A stretch of DNA of 32,000 nucleotides, taken from positions 900,001 through 932,000 of the forward strand of contig NZ_CP180230.1 in NCBI RefSeq assembly GCF_047555085.1, given 5' to 3'. The DNA is from Candidatus Saccharimonadota bacterium (lineage in GTDB: Archaea; Nanohalarchaeota; Nanosalinia; Nanosalinales; Nanosalinaceae). A model generated the notes under the pieces. It saw only the letters and a list, made by a program, of their open reading frames with translations, searched no databases and had not been told where the DNA came from. Shown one piece after another: positions 25,761 to 32,000 of the stretch. Position 1 is the first letter of the stretch. Each line of letters starts with the position of its first letter. Position numbers and translations under genes: made by a program.

Positions 25761-26273
25761 ATGAAAGGCTTCACGCAGACACCTGAGGAGATGGAAGAGT
25801 TCGCAGAGTTCATTGAAGAAGATATAGAAAACGTACAGAGAGTTATAGGCGAATTGATGAGCGAAGATATCGACGCCGAGTTCATGGTACATGCAAAAGC
25901 CGAGACAGTCGAGGAATCCGCAGAAAACACCGATATGGAAGCAGAAAACATAATCAAAACACTTGTCTTCATCGGCGAAGAACCTGTCGCCGTCCTCTGT
26001 CCAGGCGACACCAGCGTCTCCGAGGAAAAACTCGAGAAAATTTTAGGGAGCGAGGTCAGGATGGCAAAACCTGGTGAAGTCACTGAAGCCACCGGATACA
26101 TCGTAGGCGGAGTATCACCTTTCGATCTTGATATCAAAGTCCTTATGGAAGAATCTATACTTGAAAAAGAACGTGTAAAGCCAGCAGCCGGATCAAGAGT
26201 CGTAGGAGTATCAATTAACGTAGATGATCTGAAAGAAATCACAGATCCAGATATTGTGGACGTATCAAGATAA
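25761..26273 (+). CDS. YbaK/ProX-type aminoacyl-tRNA trans-editing deacylase
   Basis: Contains IKTLVFIGEEPVAVLCPGDTSVSEEKLEKILGSEVRMAKPGEVTEATGYIVGGVSPF, the YbaK/ProRS-INS-like core with G-G-V-S-P. Confidence 0.8.
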   Translation: MKGFTQTPEEMEEFAEFIEEDIENVQRVIGELMSEDIDAEFMVHAKAETVEESAENTDMEAENIIKTLVFIGEEPVAVLCPGDTSVSEEKLEKILGSEVRMAKPGEVTEATGYIVGGVSPFDLDIKVLMEESILEKERVKPAAGSRVVGVSINVDDLKEITDPDIVDVSR

Positions 26274-26279
26274 AAAAAT

Positions 26280-27164
26280 CTATAAAACAGGCCTTCTGTC
26301 CATTTCAGGCCTCTTTCCTTCCAGTAACTCGTCTATACCGCCTCTGAAAAACGTATCGTTCAATATCTCGAGATCTTCCGAGGCCTCGGCTTTTTCGAAG
26401 CCTTCATCTGTTCCAAGAGCGTATCCTGTGCTCTGATCGTAGCTATGCGGCAAAGCGTATTCTGTATTGTTTGAGAGACTTGAGGCCTCAAGTACGTCGG
26501 ATCCGAAGACGAACTCCGGGTGGTATACCGTCCAGTCGTTTGAAAGTTCTCCCTGTACTGTCTGCCAGGCCTCTGAAAGGTTTCTGGATTTTTTCCTGAC
26601 TGTTCCTCCTCCCTGATTTTCTTCCTGGAGGTCCTGGGCCTCGATGTATATCTGATCCTGGTCTAGTTCATCGAGCGCCGGTTCTGGCGAAGCCTCCTGT
26701 TTTTCCCGCGATGTGTCGCTGTATCCTTCATGTGGTTTTACCTCCACCATGTGGATGTCGTATTGATCAAGATCGATGAAAAGCAGGTCTGCATCGCCTT
26801 TTCTCAGGTGGTCTGCCGGATCCCTGTTATGATCGACTCCAGAATCTATATTGAATTCGTCAGGATGTTCGTAGAAGTCCTGTTCGACCAGTACAAGATC
26901 CCATCTGTTTCTGCCCTGTTCGATGTTTCTCCTGTATCTGTCAAGTCTTCCATCGATCAGGAGATCATGGCGGTCCTGTTTCTCACGTGGATCAGCCCGG
27001 AGAATACCTCCAACATAGACGTCTTCCTCGATACCTACGCCCGGAGCATCAACCATATCCGGCGTCCAGGGCCTGTTAACACTTGCCTTCTGTAGAACAG
27101 TCGAGTGAGCGGCTTCAGGAATGTCAAAAGTCCTGTAAGCCTCAGATGCATCAAGCTCACTCAT
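26280..27164 (-). CDS. Acidic hypothetical protein (294 aa) with a PD-(D/E)xK nuclease-like motif
   Basis: The segment GDADLLFIDLDQYDIHMVEVKP (nt 26736-26798) matches the D...(D/E)-x-K core seen in NucS/Hjc-type nuclease folds. The rest is unrecognised. It has its own TATA-like gatgttaaaaatctat (27186-27201). Confidence 0.5.
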   Translation of the reverse strand: MSELDASEAYRTFDIPEAAHSTVLQKASVNRPWTPDMVDAPGVGIEEDVYVGGILRADPREKQDRHDLLIDGRLDRYRRNIEQGRNRWDLVLVEQDFYEHPDEFNIDSGVDHNRDPADHLRKGDADLLFIDLDQYDIHMVEVKPHEGYSDTSREKQEASPEPALDELDQDQIYIEAQDLQEENQGGGTVRKKSRNLSEAWQTVQGELSNDWTVYHPEFVFGSDVLEASSLSNNTEYALPHSYDQSTGYALGTDEGFEKAEASEDLEILNDTFFRGGIDELLEGKRPEMDRRPVL

Positions 27165-27208
27165 TCAAGACAGAATTTAGAAGTTGATGTTAAAAATCTA
27201 TCCAAGGC

Positions 27209-27700
27209 CTAAAGCCGGGACAGAATATCCTTGCCGAAAAGCCGTCTAACATCCCTGTAAACATCTTCAGAGTGGTCTCTAGTGGAATCAGGCCAGTAAA
27301 CCGATCCCTGCAACAATCCATCCTCAGAGGCCTCATAATCCCTTTCCTCGTCGAATACAAGCATGGAGGCCTCGTATCCCCAGTCGTTCTCCATCTCTTC
27401 AAGCAGATCAGTCAGCTCCCGACCATTCTCAGCCACGAAACCAGGCCCCAGAGAATCACGTGACTTTCCAAGATCCACATCATACACGCTGATATAGAAA
27501 TCCCTCATATCGACGTTAACCATATCAGCCTGTATGGAAAAACCTTCTCCGCCCATATTGAGGCCTCTAACAGAATTATTTCCGGAGATGTATTCTCCAC
27601 GGTACAGGAAATCGAAAGGCCTGTCTAATCCTACTTCACTCATTCTTTCACGGGTGATGCTGTCCCAGAAAAGCTCCCTGTCCGAGAAATTTTTTCCCAC
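27209..27700 (-). CDS. Hypothetical protein (163 aa)
   Basis: This is a clean ORF with no recognised motif. The GTG start at 27700 is supported by an A/T element (caacaaaatatttacag, 27714-27730) about 25 bp upstream. The alternative start is the ATG at 27643. Confidence 0.45.
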   Translation of the reverse strand: MGKNFSDRELFWDSITRERMSEVGLDRPFDFLYRGEYISGNNSVRGLNMGGEGFSIQADMVNVDMRDFYISVYDVDLGKSRDSLGPGFVAENGRELTDLLEEMENDWGYEASMLVFDEERDYEASEDGLLQGSVYWPDSTRDHSEDVYRDVRRLFGKDILSRL

Positions 27701-27768
27701 ACCCTGTTTTTACTCAACAAAATATTTACAGATACGTGAAAAACAGGCCTCTCCAAGTTTTCCGGAAA

Positions 27769-27779
27769 GTAATTTAATG
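27769..27779 (+). promoter_or_regulatory. TATA-like box for tyrS (leaderless)
   Basis: The element gtaatttaatg is centred about 26 bp upstream of the ATG at 27800. Confidence 0.5.
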
Positions 27780-27799
27780 CTTGGAAGGAATTTTCCGGT

Positions 27800-28825
27800 A
27801 TGGATCTTGAAGAGAAAAAAGAGCTTGTACTGCGTAACACCGACGAAATAGTAACTGAAGAAGAACTCGAAGAAGTACTTGAAGAGAAAAACGAGCCGAA
27901 CACGTACGTCGGCTACGAAACATCAGGCCCCGTCCACCTAGGACACTGGGCCTCTATCAGAAAACTAAGTGATCTGCAGAAAGCAGGATTCAATCTCAAA
28001 GTTCTGTTCGCAGACCTGCATACCTATCTGAACAAGAAAGGAGAGGAGGACTGGATCCAGTCCATGACAGAGTACTGGGAGGCCACTTTCGAGGCCTGTG
28101 GCCTTGACGCAGAGTTCCACAGAGGCCGAGGATTCCAGGAAAAAACAGAATACTTCCACGACGTCCTGGAAATGTCACTAAACACCACGATAAACCGTGG
28201 ACAGAGATCAATGAGCGAGGTAGCATCCGGAGACGACGACTCACGTGCAGTCAGCCAGGTGATCTACCCGCTCATGCAAGCCTTAGATATCGAATACCTA
28301 GACGTCGACGTTGCCATGGGTGCAACGGATCAGAGAAAGATTCACATGCTGGCAAGAGAAGCGCTGCCAAAGATTGGATACAGAAAGCCGACATGCCTCC
28401 ACCATCCACTCGTCGTCTCACTTCAGGGAACGGAGAAAATGAGTTCCTCGAAGCCTAAGACCATGTTCCCACTCCACGCATCCATAGAGACAGTAGTTGA
28501 GAGAATCGAAGACGCCTACTGCCCACAGGGAGAAGTAGAAGAAAATCCAGTCATCCAGATCTGCCAGTTCCACATATTCGGCGACGACGAAGAACTTCAC
28601 ATCGAGAGGCCTGAAGAATACGGCGGAGACATCCACTACGAAACACTGGAGGCCTTAGAGAAAGACTTCGAAAGCGGAGAACTCCACCCACAGGACCTCA
28701 AAAACTCCGTCGCACAGCACATCGCCGACAAACTCAAACCAGTCAGAGAAAAATTCAAGAACAACCCAGAACTGCTGGAGTGCCTGGAAGAAATTGGGCA
28801 TGAAAAACCAGACTACGTGGAATAA
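27800..28825 (+). CDS. tyrS: Tyrosyl-tRNA synthetase (archaeal type)
   Basis: Contains YVGYETSGPVHLGHW (HIGH-type) and KMSSSKP (KMSKS-type). Length is 341 aa. Confidence 0.92.
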   Translation: MDLEEKKELVLRNTDEIVTEEELEEVLEEKNEPNTYVGYETSGPVHLGHWASIRKLSDLQKAGFNLKVLFADLHTYLNKKGEEDWIQSMTEYWEATFEACGLDAEFHRGRGFQEKTEYFHDVLEMSLNTTINRGQRSMSEVASGDDDSRAVSQVIYPLMQALDIEYLDVDVAMGATDQRKIHMLAREALPKIGYRKPTCLHHPLVVSLQGTEKMSSSKPKTMFPLHASIETVVERIEDAYCPQGEVEENPVIQICQFHIFGDDEELHIERPEEYGGDIHYETLEALEKDFESGELHPQDLKNSVAQHIADKLKPVREKFKNNPELLECLEEIGHEKPDYVE

Positions 28826-28854
28826 AGGCTAGATAAGCCTAAATTTTTCCTTAT

Positions 28855-29427
28855 TTATAGTTTCCAGTAGCTAAAATCATCTTTCTCAACTCTCTTCTCA
28901 ATAAACTGTGTCCTTATTTTCTCGAGCTCAGAAATGGATTCTATTGCCATATCTAAAATTTCATCAGTCTCTTTGGGGAGGTCAGCCTCAAAATCTTTCG
29001 AATTCACAGAATCTCCTAATTTGGAATTATCTCTCTTTTTAGCAATTGTCTTATGAACTAGCTCATTTCTAATTCCGGAAATATATTCAAGTTTTTCTTT
29101 GAGCTCATTCCCTATCACACCTTCTTCTGCCATCTTTTCAACAGCCTCGGGAAAATCAACATTGTTAAATTCCTCTTCAAACTCCTCAACATCCATTGCA
29201 GGAATTAAGACATTATTTTGTCGAAGAAAATCTTTATCCAAAGTTTGAACCAAAGGAAAAGCCATCTGAACATACAGACATTGGACATCCACGTTGAATC
29301 TAGCAAAAAATTTCAACAAATCATTCTCTCGTTTTACTGTATCTTCAACAGGATAAAAACTCTCCTTCATAGCCTCTAAATTTTCTGAAAATTTGTAATT
29401 TGATATCAAAAATTCAGAATCAGTCAT
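28855..29427 (-). CDS. Low-GC hypothetical protein with an R-N-x-x-x-H (HEPN-like) motif
   Basis: The segment EYISGIRNELVHK has its RNELVH at nt 29053-29070. It has a helical, Lys-richer composition than its neighbours. Sampled lines give about 32-40% GC, against about 50% in a sampled line of adjacent tyrS. It contains no AGGCCT copy. Confidence 0.5.
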   Translation of the reverse strand: MTDSEFLISNYKFSENLEAMKESFYPVEDTVKRENDLLKFFARFNVDVQCLYVQMAFPLVQTLDKDFLRQNNVLIPAMDVEEFEEEFNNVDFPEAVEKMAEEGVIGNELKEKLEYISGIRNELVHKTIAKKRDNSKLGDSVNSKDFEADLPKETDEILDMAIESISELEKIRTQFIEKRVEKDDFSYWKL

Positions 29428-29466
29428 ACAGGTGAAAATTTTAACGTTCTTAGATAATTAATCCTT

Positions 29467-30210
29467 ATGACTTACTCCGATTTCGAGGATTATGCGGCCT
29501 TGTATGATATAGTTTCCGAGAGTAAGAGTGATGGGAGAGATGTCGAGTTCTACGTTGAAGAGGCCTCTAAAGTTGATGGGAAGGTCTTGGAGGTTGCGTG
29601 TGGGACTGGCCGGATCTATCTGGAGATGCTGGAGGCCGGTGTTGATGCGTACGGTATCGATATCTCTGAGGCGATGCTCGAAATTTTGAGGGAGAAAGCC
29701 GAGAGTAGAGGCCTTGAGCCGGAAGTTGAGAAGGCGAATATGCAGGATTTTGATCTGGATGAAAAATTTTCCCTAATTATGATTCCGTACCGGAGTTTTC
29801 ATCATAATTTAACTGTGGATGATCAGCTGGCGACGCTTGAGACGATCTACGAACATCTTGAGGATGGCGGAAAATTTATACTGAATTTTTACTGTCCGGA
29901 TTTCGAGTTCATCAGTGAGAACTACGGGGAAGAACTGAGAAGTGATATCGAAGGACATCCGGAACTTGAGTTAGTTGAGTTCAACGAGTTTGTGGATCCT
30001 GTGGATATGATCATCGAGTTCGAGAAAAAAGTTCTTGAGGACGGTGAAGTGAAATGGTCTTCTACTGGGAAAAGCAAGATGACGACTAAGACGGAGTTTG
30101 AGCTTTTGTTGCGGAACTCAAGTTTCTCAGAGTGGAATGTCTACGGTGGTTTTGATCTTGAGGAGCTGGAAAACTCGGAGCAGGAGATGGTCTGGATAAT
30201 AGAGAAATGA
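29467..30210 (+). CDS. Class I SAM-dependent methyltransferase (small-molecule/RNA type)
   Basis: Contains motif I, VLEVACGTGRIYLEMLEAGVDAYGIDISEAML. No DNA-methyltransferase (D/N/S)PP(Y/F) or PCQ motifs are present. A TATA-like gaaaattttaacg (29434-29446) lies upstream. Confidence 0.8.
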   Translation: MTYSDFEDYAALYDIVSESKSDGRDVEFYVEEASKVDGKVLEVACGTGRIYLEMLEAGVDAYGIDISEAMLEILREKAESRGLEPEVEKANMQDFDLDEKFSLIMIPYRSFHHNLTVDDQLATLETIYEHLEDGGKFILNFYCPDFEFISENYGEELRSDIEGHPELELVEFNEFVDPVDMIIEFEKKVLEDGEVKWSSTGKSKMTTKTEFELLLRNSSFSEWNVYGGFDLEELENSEQEMVWIIEK

Positions 30211-30596
30211 AGCTGAAAGTTTTCGATACAGAGATTTTTCTGGATGAAAGTCTTGTAGAGGCCTCTGAAGACGAGATCAGGAGACAGGTGAAAGAGTATC
30301 TTTTAGGAGAACAAGAAGTTTTTGAACTGGATTTTTCGAGGCCGGAAAATTTTACAGGGAAAGTTATGGAGGAGATGCTGGAGATCCCGCGTGGCGAGAC
30401 CAGAAGTTACGGCGAGATTGCAGAGGCCTTGGATTCTGCTGCGATTGCTGTTGGTCAGGCCTGTGGAAGGAATCCTTTGCCGTTGATTGTTCCTTGTCAC
30501 AGGGTTGTCGGGAAAAGTTCTGTTGGTGGTTACTGCGGTGAGAAAGACAGTTTGGCGAAGAAAAAGTTGCTGGAGCTGGAAGAGTCAGATTTTTAA
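30207..30596 (+). CDS. ogt: Methylated-DNA--protein-cysteine methyltransferase (Ogt/MGMT) DNA-binding/active-site domain
   Basis: Has the active-site IVPCHRVVG (PCHR at 30492-30503), preceded by GETRSYGEIA. An ATGA overlap with the upstream methyltransferase suggests translational coupling. Confidence 0.85.
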   Translation: MKLKVFDTEIFLDESLVEASEDEIRRQVKEYLLGEQEVFELDFSRPENFTGKVMEEMLEIPRGETRSYGEIAEALDSAAIAVGQACGRNPLPLIVPCHRVVGKSSVGGYCGEKDSLAKKKLLELEESDF

Positions 30597-30693
30597 CTCT
30601 GCCCGCAAAAATTCTGGTTACAATGAAAGGTGGATGTGTTTCTACCGGCTACGTTTGCAACTTGTAGGCCTGTTTTAGGTCAGTTAAAACCTG

Positions 30694-30707
30694 TTTTAGA
30701 TAAAAAT
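30694..30707 (+). promoter_or_regulatory. TATA-like box for serS (leaderless)
   Basis: The element ttttagataaaaat is centred about 27 bp upstream of the ATG at 30728. Confidence 0.5.
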
Positions 30708-30727
30708 TTCTGCACAAGTGATTATAC

Positions 30728-31996
30728 ATGTTAGATATTGAACTGTTCCGTGAGAGTCCTGAGATTATTAAGGCCTCTGAGGAGAGGCGTGGGAAAGATC
30801 CTGAAAGAGTTGATAAAGTAGTTGAATTGGATGAGGCCTGGCGTGAGACTTTGCAGAGGCTTCAGGAGCTTCAGGAGAAGCGGAACTCTGTCGGGGACAA
30901 GATTGCTGAACTGAAAAAGAACGGTGAGGATGCCCAAGAATATATTGAAAAGATGCAGGAGGTTAAAGAGACGATCTCCGAGCTTGAAGAAGATGTAGAA
31001 GCTTTGAAGGCGGAGCGTGATGAGTTAAGATATCGTGTAGGGAATGTTCTGCATGATTCTGTTCCTGAGGGAGATGATGAAGATGATAACAGGGAGATCA
31101 AGACATGGGAGCCGGATTCAGGCATAGATGAAGATGCGGAGCTTGCTGCGGATATCCTGCAGGAGAACGATCTCGTGGAGACTGAGAAAGCGGCTGAATT
31201 ATCCGGCGAACGCGCTTATTATCTGAAAAATGAGTTGTTCCGCTTGAATCAGGCCTTGATCCAGTTCTCGATGGATCTGCTTGAGGAAAAAGATTTCACG
31301 CCTATGCAGACTCCTTACTACTTGAAGCACAGGCCTATGGAGGCTGCTGCAGAGCTTGAGGATTTTGAGGAGCAGCTTTACAAGATCGAGGATGAGGATA
31401 AGTACCTGATTGCGACTTCGGAACAGACTCTGGCGACTTTCCACATGGATGAAATTTTGCAGCCTCAGGATCTTCCGAAGAAGTACGCCGGATTTTCCAC
31501 GAACTTCAGGCAGGAGGCCGGTAAGCACGGACAGGAGACTCGTGGGATCTGGCGCGTCCACCAGTTTGAGAAAGTTGAGCAGTACATTTTTTGCGAACCG
31601 GAGGAAAGCTGGGATAAACACGAGGAGTTACTTGAAAATTCCGAGGAAGTTATGCAGAAGCTAGGCCTTCCGTACAGAGTTGTCAACGTCTGTACAGGCG
31701 ACATGAACGATAACGCGGCTAAAAAGTACGATGTTGAAGTGTGGAGGCCTCCTCTTCAGGAGTACGGAGAAGTTGTGTCCTGCAGTAACTGTACTGATTT
31801 CCAGGCCCGAAAAGTCGGTGTCCGGATCAGAAGGGACGGCGACAATGAGACTGCTCACACGTTGAACGCGACAGCGTGCGCTACTTCAAGAGTTATGACG
31901 GCTATCATCGAGAACAATCAGACTGAGCAGGGGATCAAGATTCCTGAGCCGCTTCAGAAGTACATGGGCGGAAAAGAGTTTATCGAATTAGAGTAA
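30728..31996 (+). CDS. serS: Seryl-tRNA synthetase
   Basis: Has an N-terminal coiled-coil tRNA-binding arm (MLDIELFRESPEIIKASEERRG...) and a class II core (FRQEAGKHGQETRGIWRVHQFEKVEQ, TLNATACATSRVMTAIIENNQ). Confidence 0.95.
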   Translation: MLDIELFRESPEIIKASEERRGKDPERVDKVVELDEAWRETLQRLQELQEKRNSVGDKIAELKKNGEDAQEYIEKMQEVKETISELEEDVEALKAERDELRYRVGNVLHDSVPEGDDEDDNREIKTWEPDSGIDEDAELAADILQENDLVETEKAAELSGERAYYLKNELFRLNQALIQFSMDLLEEKDFTPMQTPYYLKHRPMEAAAELEDFEEQLYKIEDEDKYLIATSEQTLATFHMDEILQPQDLPKKYAGFSTNFRQEAGKHGQETRGIWRVHQFEKVEQYIFCEPEESWDKHEELLENSEEVMQKLGLPYRVVNVCTGDMNDNAAKKYDVEVWRPPLQEYGEVVSCSNCTDFQARKVGVRIRRDGDNETAHTLNATACATSRVMTAIIENNQTEQGIKIPEPLQKYMGGKEFIELE

Positions 31997-32000
31997 ATTC

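Larger units (their letters stand above)
1..32000. repeat. Dispersed highly iterated palindromic hexamer AGGCCT (about 129 copies by hand count; about a quarter extend to GAGGCCTC)
   Basis: Direct line-by-line scan of the sequence. Example copies are at 51-56, 140-145, 153-158, 231-236, 6052-6057, 6152-6157, 6306-6311, 11419-11424, 11433-11438, 21687-21692 and 21701-21706. The expectation from about 45% GC is about 6 copies. Confidence 0.9.

Noticed and set aside
27640-27903. An 87-aa minus-strand ORF with a poly-Ser run overlapping the tyrS start.
   Set aside because: It is antisense to the GAA/GAG-rich tyrS N-terminus and crosses the divergent promoter region. It is a low-complexity artefact.
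29467-30210. The SAM-dependent methyltransferase as the DNA methylase that might protect or mark AGGCCT sites.
   Set aside because: It has a class I Rossmann motif I typical of small-molecule or RNA methyltransferases. It lacks DNA-MTase catalytic motifs ((D/N/S)PP(Y/F) or PCQ/ENV) and has no target-recognition domain. The association is unsupported.
1-32000. The AGGCCT excess as a by-product of amino-acid or codon bias (for example frequent Glu-Ala-Ser).
   Set aside because: The hexamer is used in all three codon phases, on both coding strands and in intergenic DNA at equal or higher density. Near-identical hexamers that would encode similar residues are rare.
1-32000. CRISPR arrays, IS elements or transposases, integrases, and prophage-like genes.
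   Set aside because: No regularly spaced direct repeats, terminal inverted repeats, or transposase/integrase-like ORFs were seen. The only compositional island is the single HEPN-like gene.

Overview
This is a compact, gene-dense (about 90% coding) archaeal chromosomal segment. GC is about 45% by eye and the predicted proteins are strongly acidic, which suggests a salt-in halophile. The best guess is a nanohaloarchaeon/DPANN-type or another low-GC halophilic archaeon; this cannot be verified without a database search. Most genes are housekeeping: four aminoacyl-tRNA synthetases (leuS, alaS, tyrS, serS) and the conserved archaeal ftsZ / secE-spt5-L11-L1-L10 / L12 cluster, which carries two insertions here. 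Other recognisable genes are two tandem MinD/ParA ATPases, HIT, FKBP PPIase, Hsp20, RtcA, a YbaK-like deacylase, Ogt, a class I SAM methyltransferase, a VOC/glyoxalase, a DUF1704-type HExxH protein and a metallophosphoesterase-like protein. A partial phosphohexomutase gene at the left edge is missing from the ORF track. Accessory-looking content includes an 870-aa secreted, sequon-rich LamG-domain surface protein with three internal Cys-containing repeats, a second LamG protein, a low-GC gene with an RNxxxH (HEPN-like) motif, and two adjacent orphan genes, one with a PD-(D/E)xK-like motif. No rRNA, tRNA, CRISPR array or mobile element was found. The most unusual signal is not a gene. The palindrome AGGCCT occurs about 129 times by hand count, roughly one per 250 bp and about 20-fold over the composition expectation. 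It appears on both strands, in all three codon phases and in intergenic DNA, and nearby copies form hairpins at gene 3' ends. This resembles the cyanobacterial HIP1 phenomenon. Start codons were refined using a very regular promoter pattern: an A/T-rich TATA-like element centred about 26-29 bp upstream of the start codon (leaderless mRNAs), while internal operon genes carry GGAGGTGA-type Shine-Dalgarno sites.
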